Assembly (NCBI RefSeq): GCF_018141405.1 | Contig: NZ_CP058648.1 | Coordinates: 3,141,875 to 3,173,874 of the forward strand | Length of the DNA: 32,000 nt | From: Serpentinicella alkaliphila | GTDB taxonomy: Bacteria > Bacillota > Clostridia > Peptostreptococcales > Natronincolaceae | Direction of reading: 5' to 3' | Shown: piece after piece, positions 17,089 to 26,586 of the stretch | How the letters are laid out: every line of letters begins with the position of its first letter | How positions within the stretch are numbered: position 1 is the first letter of the stretch | Translations under genes and position numbers: made by a program | The notes under the pieces: model-generated | Databases searched by the model: none | Told to the model about the DNA's origin: nothing | What the model saw: the letters and a program-made list of their open reading frames with translations, nothing else

Positions 17089-18921
17089 TTAATCTATAAG
17101 TCTCCACAGTTCTCCTTCAATATTAATAATGTCTTCTATTTCCTTATATGGAATTGTAAAGGAAGGCATTCCTATAGCATAAGGTCCAATTTCATATGCT
17201 TGAAAACGAATCTCTAAGCCTTTTTTAGTTAGGAGAAAAAATTGTTCATCCGAAATTTTAGGTTCTGAATCATCAAAGTATATATGGTCTTTTTTGTTTT
17301 GTTCTTGCATCTGACGCTTTATCATTTTCTCTAATCTTGCCTTATAGTTAATATTACTCTTAAACAATGAATCTAAGGTATAAATAGTCCCTGTTTCTAA
17401 ATTCATTGGAAAACTCCTTATCCATCGTATTCCATGAGCTCCACCAATTCCATAATAGTATCCATTTTCTATAATTGTAATAAGCTTTTTAAACTCATTT
17501 ACTTCAAATCGCTTCTCAATTAATTCATAGTAGTCAATCTCATTATTATCATGCCCTTCCTTGCTAATTACAAAAATATTTTTCAATTTTTTACTTATCT
17601 GGCTTTCACGTACATTATCTAAAAGACCTGTTACTTTTGGATAGTATGTTAATTCATATCTATTAGGGCGATATTTTTCTTTTGTTATATAGGCTCCATT
17701 TGTTAAAGTATATTTATATTCGGAATTCCAGATCGTTTCACCTTCATTAGACAAATATATTAATTCATCATCTAATGATATCTTAAACACATCATTATAG
17801 GCTATAATATCTCCTATCCCTGAAAGCTTTGCAAATTTTTTAACTTCCTTATATTTATTGTCAACAATATACGTAAACACTCCATCTGAAATGTATTTTA
17901 AATTTTCTGTAATATTTCCAAATTTAAAATACTTATAATCGCTCAGTAACTTTCCATTTTTATTCATAATGGCCTTTGGTATAAACTCATCCCAAATATA
18001 AAATATATAATTTTTAGATTCACTTACAGCATATAAATCATCACTAATTTTTTGTATATTACCATACATAGGTTTGATAATATACTTTCCATTTTTATTT
18101 ATTAGGCCACTTAAATAACTTTCTGAACCACTGAAAATAGTTACCTGTGCAACTCCATTTTCAAAAGGCCTAGCATCAACAAACTCTGCATCGGTTATCT
18201 TTTTCCCTTCTAAAGTCATATAGCCTTCATTATGAGTATTACTATCCCTATAAATCAATATCTCTTCGCTAATTTCACCAATTATATCTTCATCTATTTT
18301 ACTTAGAAGATTACCTTTATTATCGATTATAGCAAAAGAATTAGCATCTACTTTTACTAATGCTTTTCCATTATTAAAACTCGTTACACTTAAATATTGT
18401 GGAGCTATAGCTACTTTTCCAAGTATATCAACATATCCATACCTCATGTTTTCCCAATTTTCTGAGTCTGAGAATAGGGCAAGACCCTCACTAAAAGCTC
18501 CTATAACACCTTTGTTTTCTAATATTATTTTCCCTTCTTTATTAATAAAGACATAGGAATTTTCTTTATTTTGAGCTACTATAGTTCCCTCATAAATATC
18601 TACAATGTAGTTATACAACGGCTTTACTATATAATCTCCGTATATATCTATAACCCCATATTTATCATTATTCCAAATAATTGCCATTTCATCTCTGTTA
18701 AAATCTCCTACACCATCAAAATGGGGCTTTATAACAAACTCACCACTTTTGTTAATAAACCCCCACTTTTTTATATCTTTTTCATATACAAATGCAGGAT
18801 ATAAATTTGTTTTTTCATTATTTATTTCCTCTACATTATTAGATGTATTTTGTCTAAAGCTACAGCCACCTAATTGAAGCATTAAACTAATAATTACTAA
18901 AATAATATAAAACCTTCTCAT
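17089..18921 (-). CDS. WG-repeat lipoprotein with C-terminal DUF4163/DUF3298 (RsiV/PdaC-like) module
   Basis: The signal MRRFYIILVIISLMLQLGGC carries a lipobox. There are many KWGFINKSGEFVIKP-type WG repeats. The C-terminal roughly 190 aa (...GYYYGIGGAHGIRWIRSF...LEIRFQAYEIGPYAIGMPSFTIPY) resembles the DUF3298 fold family. Confidence 0.8.
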   Translation of the reverse strand: MRRFYIILVIISLMLQLGGCSFRQNTSNNVEEINNEKTNLYPAFVYEKDIKKWGFINKSGEFVIKPHFDGVGDFNRDEMAIIWNNDKYGVIDIYGDYIVKPLYNYIVDIYEGTIVAQNKENSYVFINKEGKIILENKGVIGAFSEGLALFSDSENWENMRYGYVDILGKVAIAPQYLSVTSFNNGKALVKVDANSFAIIDNKGNLLSKIDEDIIGEISEEILIYRDSNTHNEGYMTLEGKKITDAEFVDARPFENGVAQVTIFSGSESYLSGLINKNGKYIIKPMYGNIQKISDDLYAVSESKNYIFYIWDEFIPKAIMNKNGKLLSDYKYFKFGNITENLKYISDGVFTYIVDNKYKEVKKFAKLSGIGDIIAYNDVFKISLDDELIYLSNEGETIWNSEYKYTLTNGAYITKEKYRPNRYELTYYPKVTGLLDNVRESQISKKLKNIFVISKEGHDNNEIDYYELIEKRFEVNEFKKLITIIENGYYYGIGGAHGIRWIRSFPMNLETGTIYTLDSLFKSNINYKARLEKMIKRQMQEQNKKDHIYFDDSEPKISDEQFFLLTKKGLEIRFQAYEIGPYAIGMPSFTIPYKEIEDIINIEGELWRLID

Positions 18922-19021
18922 AATATACCTTCTTTACTAATAAATTTTCTATACCAAATACCTAACAAATTCTATGTTCTGTTTTTTACATATATGCTTT
19001 ATATTATATTTCTAATTGACG

Positions 19022-19054
19022 AAAAAAAGAATAGCCGCATATTAAATATGCGAC
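19022..19054 (-). terminator. Terminator after the amidohydrolase gene
   Basis: CGCATAT-taa-ATATGCG hairpin. On the minus strand it is followed by TATTCTTTTTTT. Confidence 0.55.
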
Positions 19055-19066
19055 TATAATGGGTTA

Positions 19067-20221
19067 CTATCGTTTATATACAATTTTACCATTTATTAAT
19101 GTTATCACTACTTTTGAATTAATATCAAAGGGTTTACCACTATAAACAACTATATCCGCATCATAACCCTCCTGAAGTTTACCTATTCGTTCATTACATC
19201 TCAGTATTTCTGCTGGACTCGTTGTAAGACATTTAATAGCGTCTAATTGACTTAAGCCCTCGGAAATTGCAAATATTGCAGTTATTCGAAGTTGGTCAAT
19301 CAAATTATATGGGTGATCAGTAATTAGAGCTACTTTAATTCCAGATTCAATTAACTCTAGTGCACAATTATAGTCTCTATTTTTTAATTCAATTTTTGAC
19401 CTAGGTGAAATCATTGGTCCATAGGCTACTGGAATATTTTTTTCAGCTAAATAATCCTTTACTAAATTAGCCTCAGTACCATGTTCTATAACCATTTTTG
19501 TAATTCCAAACTCATCAGCAATTCTACATGCCGTAACAATATCATCTGCTCTATGGGCATGTACTCTTAGTGATATTTCTCCTTTTAGAAGTGCAACTAC
19601 TGCTTCTAGTTTAATATCTCTCTCTTTAATTTTTTTTTGTTCCTTAAGTTTTATATAATCCTGAGCCTTCATAAATAGTTCTCTAATAAGTGCAACAGTA
19701 CCCATTCTTGTAATTGGAGCTTTATTCATTTTTCCATATGTGCTCATTGGGTTCTCCCCAAGTGAAATTTTTAAACCTACTGGATCTTTAATTACCATTT
19801 TATCAATAATTTTTCCATAAGTTTTGACTGCTGTGCTTAAACCACCAACTGCATTGTTACTTCCAGGTCCAGTCATGACAGTTGTAACTCCAGATTTTAT
19901 CGCATCATAAAATGCTAAATCAAAAGGATTGATCGCATCTATACCTCTCATATGTGGAGTTACTGGATCTGATGTTTCATTATTATTAACTCCTATCTTT
20001 CCTACTGCCTCCTCTATAATACCAACATGTGTGTGACAATCAATTAAACCTTGCATAACATACTGCTCCTGGACATCAATTACATCCGTATTACAAGCAT
20101 CATAATCTAATATTTCTGAAATTTTATCAATCTTTCCATCTTTAACTAATATGTCTTTTTTTTCTATATTTTGATTGGTTATATTGATCATTAAACAATT
20201 TTTTAATAAGAGCAGTTTCAC
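19067..20221 (-). CDS. Metal-dependent amidohydrolase family protein
   Basis: GLIDCHTHVG (HxH motif), downstream VHAH, and ITDHP / GYDADIVV motifs. I prefer the GTG at 20221 (SD GAGGTG 20233-20228, 6-nt spacing) over the track start at 20230, which lies inside that SD. Confidence 0.85.
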   Translation of the reverse strand: MKLLLLKNCLMINITNQNIEKKDILVKDGKIDKISEILDYDACNTDVIDVQEQYVMQGLIDCHTHVGIIEEAVGKIGVNNNETSDPVTPHMRGIDAINPFDLAFYDAIKSGVTTVMTGPGSNNAVGGLSTAVKTYGKIIDKMVIKDPVGLKISLGENPMSTYGKMNKAPITRMGTVALIRELFMKAQDYIKLKEQKKIKERDIKLEAVVALLKGEISLRVHAHRADDIVTACRIADEFGITKMVIEHGTEANLVKDYLAEKNIPVAYGPMISPRSKIELKNRDYNCALELIESGIKVALITDHPYNLIDQLRITAIFAISEGLSQLDAIKCLTTSPAEILRCNERIGKLQEGYDADIVVYSGKPFDINSKVVITLINGKIVYKR

Positions 20222-20321
20222 ATTCTTCACCTCAAAAGTTAGTTAATCCTTTAATATTATGTACATAGAAAAATGGTACATACATATTAATTGATATATT
20301 CTAACATAACAATTAACAAAT

Positions 20322-20360
20322 AAAAAAGATTGCAATAAGTGATTTACTCATTACAATCTT
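20322..20360 (-). terminator. Rho-independent terminator of the 867-aa gene
   Basis: On the minus strand, AAGATTGTAATGAG-7 nt-CTTATTGCAATCTT pairs at 12 of 14 positions and is followed by TTTTTAT. Confidence 0.6.
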
Positions 20361-20375
20361 CCATTTGAATCTGTA

Positions 20376-22979
20376 TTAGATTATACCCTGTTCTATACTT
20401 TTATGCTCACATTGACAGGTAAATTTTAATTGCTCTATATTAAAATTTGAGTTTGCAAGAATTTCTGGCCAAATCTTAATAACCTCATATACTTTATTTT
20501 TTTTCTCTTCAGGAAGCATATCCCATGTTACAAATGCTGGGTCAGTTTTATCCTTATAGCTTTTTACTTCACCATAACTCCAACCGGCATCTTTTCTATG
20601 TAAATACCATCTAGTATGCTCGTATTCAGCTAAGCTCTCTAATTCCACTTGGGTAAATTCTTTAACTTGGGGTTTGTCTTTAACGGAGGTTATATCGTAA
20701 TTAATTCTTAATAGTGCCTCTGGAATATGTTTAACCTCATCACGATTACAATCCTTAAGATCCTCGCTTAACTCATGCCAAGGTTTAATAAAGTTTTCAT
20801 CGTAATCTATGTTGTCTTTGTTAAGAGACCTATATTTATCATGAATAGCTATCGCAATACTTTCTATCTTTTCGCTATAGAATGCATCATGCATCATATG
20901 TCTTAAAAATTGCTCTTCATCCACATGTAACTTAAGTTGTTCCCTTGCAGGTAGTAAGGATTGCTCCCACTTCCTAGCTTGAGTTAGCATACTCATTTCT
21001 AAAATGGCTTCCATAGATCTAGACTCATGTTTATATCTTGGGACCTTAAGTAAAGCCCGTAATACTCCATTATCAATTTGCGCTTCTCCATGTTCATTTA
21101 TTAAATGAGGTACTTTTCTTTCTAATAAAGACCTTAATAACATGGCTCTTCTTATAATATATAGTTGATCACCCATCGTATCATCCGTTGGATTAACACC
21201 TAATATATTTACATAACCTCTAAGACGACTTACGAAATCTGGACCCTTAGCAGTTTTGAAATAAGAATTAAATTGTTTTTGATCATTTTCATCTAAAATA
21301 CCTTTTCCACAAAATTCTTTAAAGGTGCTACTGGTACCGCCAGCAAAAACTAGAATTACTTTTCCGATTGAGTGTGTAGCCTCACCTTCTCTAAATACAC
21401 CATCTTGCATAGGAGCTAAAAAGTATTTTAACCAACCTAATTTACCATCAAAGGAGGAATCAAATTCATCTAAAATTACTAGAGGTATTCTACCCTTTAA
21501 AGAATAGTCCCTAACCCTATGGAAGGCATTTATTAAATCCGAAGGAGAGCGGAATTGTGATAAATTATAGTCTAATTTTTTAATTAATTTTGGGGCAATA
21601 CTTGAGGCTATTTCCGTTACTCCAAATGACTTTCCTGAACCTGGAGTACCAAATACTGCAATCGATAAAGGTCTAACTGTATTTTTTGTAGATATGTATT
21701 CCCATATTAAGTTTTTGATAGATCTGTAGCTCTCTATTTCAATTCTGTCTACGGTTTTTAAGTTTCCAAACTGAGCAATTGGTATGAAATTCAGAACCTT
21801 TTCTTCACCATTTTTAACTATATCATAGGCTATTCCAGCTAAATTCGTAGAGCTTTTATCTTTCAGTATATACCAACAGGAAGGACAGTTTATATTAGTA
21901 GAACATGGTATTCTTACATCCTGCACATGTTTCTTCTTAATTATGTTAGATTTATCCTCTATAAAAACAGCGGGATTTGGGAAAGGAGTCTCCTCCACAT
22001 TTTTTCCAAAGCCTTCAATAAAATATTTATGTGCATTTACCATACCCTGACGTATACCATCATTAATGGATATAGCTAAAAGCTCTTTTTTTGCATTATC
22101 TACTACAATACTTTGAGCAAGTCCTGCAACAAAGGATGAAGTAAGTCCATACATTCTACCTTGATTTTCATTTACTAGGCCACCCTCAAACTCGTAAGGA
22201 AGAAAATATAAGCGGGACTCAGTAATTCTATCATTTCTATAATAGATAGCCCCTTCAAGTCCAAATGGAACTACAAGATGGTGACATTTTGCTAGAAAGG
22301 CTAAATTAGGATTATTCTCAATTTGCCATAAAAAATTTTGAGCTGTTTTTTCCCATGAAAGACTTTTACTTATATTTACACCTTTTGATCGTAGATCATC
22401 AGCATTTATAATAACTATAGTATTTTCTAAATGATTACTTTCTAGATGCTTCCATAGATTACTAGATCCGTTAGGGTTATTAAGCTTGTATAAAACTATT
22501 GGGGCTTTTCCTAATGTTTTAATTGCCAAAGGCCAATACTCCACATTTAGATTAAAGCCGTTGTTTTCATCGTCTATAATAACAAGATCAGCATTTTCAT
22601 CATCCTTAATAATTGGAAGGAGCTTTGAGTTTGAAGCAGTAGGCCCAGTAAATCCTAGAAAACGACTTACTCTATATACCTTTTCTTTGCTTCTACCATC
22701 AGTATACTTACTAAAAAGGCTAAGTTCAGCAGTGGATCTAAGAAATTCCCTAGATAAAGTCTGTTCAATGTCATCAATTTTTGGAGAAAGGACACAGGCT
22801 CCAGTTGATAAGGACACTAGTTCAGAAAGTAGTAAAGACTCCCCTGGTTTTAAGATGCTATGCATATTTAAATGTGTTTGCCAATTAAAACCTTCACTGT
22901 TCTGTGGATATGTTATCCATTGAAGTGAATTAATACAAATATCCCCTGTTACTACAATTTTGATATCTTTGCTATCCAT
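20376..22979 (-). CDS. Large multidomain protein: N-terminal about 340-aa domain (ribokinase/PfkB-like?), AAA+ ATPase core, two C-terminal RyR-type repeats
   Basis: Walker A GTPGSGKS (aa 444-451; nt 21627-21650) and Walker B PLVILDEFD (aa 499-507). A MoxR-like segment reads FLAPMQDGVFREGEATHSIGKVILVFAGGT. The RyR repeats read IAIAIHDKY...PWHELSEDLKDCNRDEVKHIP and LAEYEHTRWYLHRKDAGWSYGE...DPAFVTWDMLPEEKKNKVYEVI. SD AGGAGG lies 7 nt before the ATG. Confidence 0.85.
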   Translation of the reverse strand: MDSKDIKIVVTGDICINSLQWITYPQNSEGFNWQTHLNMHSILKPGESLLLSELVSLSTGACVLSPKIDDIEQTLSREFLRSTAELSLFSKYTDGRSKEKVYRVSRFLGFTGPTASNSKLLPIIKDDENADLVIIDDENNGFNLNVEYWPLAIKTLGKAPIVLYKLNNPNGSSNLWKHLESNHLENTIVIINADDLRSKGVNISKSLSWEKTAQNFLWQIENNPNLAFLAKCHHLVVPFGLEGAIYYRNDRITESRLYFLPYEFEGGLVNENQGRMYGLTSSFVAGLAQSIVVDNAKKELLAISINDGIRQGMVNAHKYFIEGFGKNVEETPFPNPAVFIEDKSNIIKKKHVQDVRIPCSTNINCPSCWYILKDKSSTNLAGIAYDIVKNGEEKVLNFIPIAQFGNLKTVDRIEIESYRSIKNLIWEYISTKNTVRPLSIAVFGTPGSGKSFGVTEIASSIAPKLIKKLDYNLSQFRSPSDLINAFHRVRDYSLKGRIPLVILDEFDSSFDGKLGWLKYFLAPMQDGVFREGEATHSIGKVILVFAGGTSSTFKEFCGKGILDENDQKQFNSYFKTAKGPDFVSRLRGYVNILGVNPTDDTMGDQLYIIRRAMLLRSLLERKVPHLINEHGEAQIDNGVLRALLKVPRYKHESRSMEAILEMSMLTQARKWEQSLLPAREQLKLHVDEEQFLRHMMHDAFYSEKIESIAIAIHDKYRSLNKDNIDYDENFIKPWHELSEDLKDCNRDEVKHIPEALLRINYDITSVKDKPQVKEFTQVELESLAEYEHTRWYLHRKDAGWSYGEVKSYKDKTDPAFVTWDMLPEEKKNKVYEVIKIWPEILANSNFNIEQLKFTCQCEHKSIEQGII

Positions 22980-23011
22980 ATCAGCACCTCCTATTTATGT
23001 ATATTTAACTG

Positions 23012-23040
23012 ATTTTAATGTAAAGTTTATGGAATGTCAA
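23012..23040 (-). promoter_or_regulatory. Sigma-A-type promoter of the 867-aa gene
   Basis: On the minus strand, TTGACA (23040-23035), an exact 17-nt spacer, then TAAAAT (23017-23012). This sits about 30 nt upstream of the ATG. Confidence 0.55.
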
Positions 23041-23184
23041 TATATTTTATGAGTATGTTTCTGAAAGAAAAAACTAACAAACTTATACAGTTTATCAGAG
23101 TAATTACTTATAGAATAAAGAATATTAGTATACCCATAATTTATATCCATAACTATACATTACTAAACCTTTAAATCAACTTCT

Positions 23185-23226
23185 AAAAAATAAACCCAGT
23201 AGAGTTATAACTTTTTTCTCTTCTGG
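23185..23226 (-). terminator. Probable terminator ending the tetrapyrrole operon after hemB
   Basis: On the minus strand, CCAGAAGAG-13 nt-CTCTACTGG (one central mismatch) is followed by GTTTATTTTTT. Confidence 0.45.
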
Positions 23227-23243
23227 ATTCATATATTTTTTTG

Positions 23244-24218
23244 CTATTCCTTTAGCCATTTTACAATATCTTTAGCAAAATAGGTAATTATAATGTCGGC
23301 CCCTGCCCTTTTAATAGATGTTAAAACTTCTGTAATAATCTGCTTTTCATTTATCCAACCCATTTTTGATGCAGCTTTTATCATTGCATATTCTCCACTA
23401 ACATTATAAGCGGCCATTGGTACATTAAATTGATCCTTTCCCTGCCTTAATATATCTAAGTATGATAGGGCAGGTTTAACCATAATTATATCTGCACCTT
23501 CCTCAATATCTAGTTCCATTTCCCTTATGGCCTCGTTCGCATTACAATAATCCATCTGATAGCTTTTTCGGTCACCGAACTGAGGTGCTGAATGAGCGGC
23601 TTCTCTAAAAGGCCCATAGAAGCTAGATGCAAATTTTGCACTATAGGACATAATAGGTATATTACTATACCCTTCTTTATCCAAAAGTATTCTAATAGCC
23701 TGTACTCTTCCATCCATCATATCCGATGGAGCTACCATATCTGCACCTGCTCTAGCATGGGATAGAGCAGTTCGTGCTATTAACTCAACGGAAGGATCAT
23801 TTAGTACTGATTCCACTTCTATTATACCGCAGTGGCCGTGGGAGGTATATTGACATAAACAAACATCTGTTATTATATATAACTCTTTATTCAGTTTTTT
23901 TATATGTCTAACTGCCTGCTGAACTATACCGTCCTCATCATACGCTGAGGTTCCAAGCTCATCCTTTTTTTCAGGTATTCCAAATATTAAAATTGCTTTT
24001 ATATTAAGTTTAGCAATCTCTTCAATTTCCTCATGTAGCATATCTATAGAATAGTGAAATATTCCTGGCATCGATGGTATCTCTTCTTTAATATGCTCCC
24101 CATGAGTTACAAAAATGGGGTACACAAAATCATCCACATGAAGCTGTGTTTCTCTAACCAAAGCCCTTATATTGGATTTTTCTCTAAGTCTTCTGCTTCT
24201 TTTAACTATATCAAACAT
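23244..24218 (-). CDS. hemB: Porphobilinogen synthase (delta-aminolevulinic acid dehydratase)
   Basis: 324 aa. Zinc-cysteine cluster DVCLCQYTSHGHCG, and active-site lysine contexts MVKPAL and SYSAKFAS. Its start overlaps the preceding gene by 8 nt. Confidence 0.96.
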   Translation of the reverse strand: MFDIVKRSRRLREKSNIRALVRETQLHVDDFVYPIFVTHGEHIKEEIPSMPGIFHYSIDMLHEEIEEIAKLNIKAILIFGIPEKKDELGTSAYDEDGIVQQAVRHIKKLNKELYIITDVCLCQYTSHGHCGIIEVESVLNDPSVELIARTALSHARAGADMVAPSDMMDGRVQAIRILLDKEGYSNIPIMSYSAKFASSFYGPFREAAHSAPQFGDRKSYQMDYCNANEAIREMELDIEEGADIIMVKPALSYLDILRQGKDQFNVPMAAYNVSGEYAMIKAASKMGWINEKQIITEVLTSIKRAGADIIITYFAKDIVKWLKE

Positions 24219-25677
24219 TTGATTTCCTCCAGTCTAAAAGGAGTTCTAACATAGCCTCTTCTGATGCCCTCTTAGGTACTATCACATTAGTAAAACCTAC
24301 CTCTAGGGCTTCCCTCTCAGTAGATTTACCTATGCAAAGTATTTGCTTATTCCTAAAGTAATCTATGCTGTTTATATGTAGAAAACCACGGACACATGAG
24401 GGACTAGTAAACACTAGAACTTCTGCCGCCTTAAATGCTTCTTCATTACAACCTTCTACAGTTTTGTATACTTTTAATTGTGTAATATTGTAGTTCGAAA
24501 GACTTTCATATAACTTCTCATCACCCAAATTCCCTCTAACTATCAATACTCTGCTACCTGACGGTACAGTGCAACGTACTAGCTTTATTGCCTCCTCGGC
24601 ATTTTGAACATCAGGAACTATGCAGTGGAATATACCGTGAGTTTCAAATTCCTCTAATATAGATGTCCCAACTCCAAATATTTTACCAGTAATCGTTCTT
24701 ACATCAATTCTATTCATTTTCATAGCCTCTATAAAATATCTTACTCCATACTTACTTGAAAATAAGAAAGCATTGGAGGCCTTTACTAATTCTTCGTCTA
24801 AGTCCACTTCTTCTGGCTCAATATGAATACAGGGCAAAATCTGGACTGATGCACCTAAGTATTTAAGTTTATGCGCAAACTCCCTAGATTGATCATAGGG
24901 TCTGGTGACGATAATACTTAAACCACTTAGTGGACGATTATTATTTTTTCCTATTTTTGAATGAAGCTTAACTACTTCTCCTATAATTATAATTGAAGGG
25001 GACTCTATTCCTGCTTCTTTTGATCTTAGTGCAATATCTTCCAATGTCCCATAAACCTCTACTTGATTGTATCTTGTGCCATTCATTATAACAGCCGCTG
25101 GACATGACTTTTCTTTTCCCATCTCAATTAAGTTTTGAGTAATAGTATTAATACTCTCAACACCCATTAAAAAAACTAGAGTTCCATTTAGCTTAGCTAA
25201 TGCACTCCACTCAATATTTGAAATACTTCCGTGCTCATGTCCTGTAATAACATGAAAAGAAGTAGCTACATTTCTTTGAGTAACTGGTATACCTGCATAT
25301 GCTGGAACTGCAATAGAAGAAGTTATACCTGGTATTATTTCATATTCAATTCCATGCTCAACAAGATATAGGGCTTCCTCCCCACCCCTTCCAAACACAA
25401 AGGGGTCGCCGCCCTTCAAACGCCCTACGACCATACCTTCAAGACTAAGCTTTACTAAAAGCTCATTTATTTCATCCTGGGTTTTTGTATGCTCTCCATG
25501 GGATTTCCCCACATATATTTTTTTTGCATTTTTATTTAACTCCAAAAAAACCGGGTTTACAAGTCTATCATAAACTAATACATCACACTTCTGTATTGTA
25601 CTAATCGCCTTAAGTGTTATTAATTCGGGATCACCAGGCCCCATACCTATTAAATATACTTTACCTTTCATAAGCAC
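24211..25677 (-). CDS. cobA/hemD: Bifunctional uroporphyrinogen-III C-methyltransferase / uroporphyrinogen-III synthase
   Basis: The N-terminal half reads VYLIGMGPGDPELITLKA...RLKGGDPFVFGRGGEE (SUMT). The C-terminal roughly 240 aa is HemD-like. Confidence 0.92.
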   Translation of the reverse strand: MLMKGKVYLIGMGPGDPELITLKAISTIQKCDVLVYDRLVNPVFLELNKNAKKIYVGKSHGEHTKTQDEINELLVKLSLEGMVVGRLKGGDPFVFGRGGEEALYLVEHGIEYEIIPGITSSIAVPAYAGIPVTQRNVATSFHVITGHEHGSISNIEWSALAKLNGTLVFLMGVESINTITQNLIEMGKEKSCPAAVIMNGTRYNQVEVYGTLEDIALRSKEAGIESPSIIIIGEVVKLHSKIGKNNNRPLSGLSIIVTRPYDQSREFAHKLKYLGASVQILPCIHIEPEEVDLDEELVKASNAFLFSSKYGVRYFIEAMKMNRIDVRTITGKIFGVGTSILEEFETHGIFHCIVPDVQNAEEAIKLVRCTVPSGSRVLIVRGNLGDEKLYESLSNYNITQLKVYKTVEGCNEEAFKAAEVLVFTSPSCVRGFLHINSIDYFRNKQILCIGKSTEREALEVGFTNVIVPKRASEEAMLELLLDWRKSNV

Positions 25678-25689
25678 CTCATAAAATAT

Positions 25690-26586
25690 TTATTCTAAAG
25701 ATTTAGCCTTAACTGACATTGCAAGACTTTGCCCCAGTTCTGACGCTTTTTCTATAGTACCTCTCATAGAATCCCTATATAAAGAACCACTTTCACTATC
25801 ACCTAATATACCATTTATAAATAACTCATTTCCATTTATTTGACAGTACGCTCCTAATGGTATTTGACAACTACCATTTAGATGTTTTAAGAAGGACCTT
25901 TCACATTCGGCAATAATTCTAGAAACCTTGTTATCTATTGCCTTAATAATGTTTAGTACTTCATCATCATCATTTCGCACTTCAACGCAAATAATTCCTT
26001 GGCATACTGCTGGGATAAACTCATTTATTTCAAATTTTTGAGCTATTCTATTTTGTAATCCAAGTCTAATTAACCCTGCACTGGCTAGAACAATAGCATC
26101 AAACTCACCCTCATCTAGCTTTTTTATTCTTGTAAGAATGTTCCCTCTAAGGGGTTTGTACTCGAGATCTGGTCTTAGAGCCTTTAACTGACATATTCTT
26201 CGAAGGCTACTAGTTCCTATTACTGAACCTCTAGGCAGCTGATCTAACTTCATATTATCTTTTGAAATAAGGCAATCTGTAGGATCCTCTCTCTCAGTAT
26301 ATGCTGCAATAACAAGACCTTCAGGTACCTCTGCTGGCATGTCCTTAAGGCTATGAACAGCAATATCAATATCTCTATTTAAGAGGGCATCCTCAATTTC
26401 CTTAATAAAAATCCCCTTACCACCTATTTTACTTAAGCTTCTATCTAGAATTTTATCTCCAGTAGTTTTAATCTGAATAATTTCAAATTCTATATCTACA
26501 TATAATTTTTTTAGATTTTCTATAATTATTTCTGTTTGTCTTAGGGCAAGTTTACTACCTCTTGTTCCTATTTTTAATTTATTCAT
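25690..26586 (-). CDS. hemC: Hydroxymethylbilane synthase (porphobilinogen deaminase)
   Basis: KIGTRGSKLALRQTE, IKTTGDKILD, and SLRR...RGN motifs. Confidence 0.96.
   Translation of the reverse strand: MNKLKIGTRGSKLALRQTEIIIENLKKLYVDIEFEIIQIKTTGDKILDRSLSKIGGKGIFIKEIEDALLNRDIDIAVHSLKDMPAEVPEGLVIAAYTEREDPTDCLISKDNMKLDQLPRGSVIGTSSLRRICQLKALRPDLEYKPLRGNILTRIKKLDEGEFDAIVLASAGLIRLGLQNRIAQKFEINEFIPAVCQGIICVEVRNDDDEVLNIIKAIDNKVSRIIAECERSFLKHLNGSCQIPLGAYCQINGNELFINGILGDSESGSLYRDSMRGTIEKASELGQSLAMSVKAKSLE

Noticed and set aside
23049-23174. A 41-aa plus-strand ORF (MSMFLKEKTNKLIQF...) in the intergenic region upstream of the 867-aa gene.
   Set aside because: It has no Shine-Dalgarno sequence, and it overlaps the region holding the minus-strand promoter and the hemB terminator. 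With no supporting motif, it is most likely chance.
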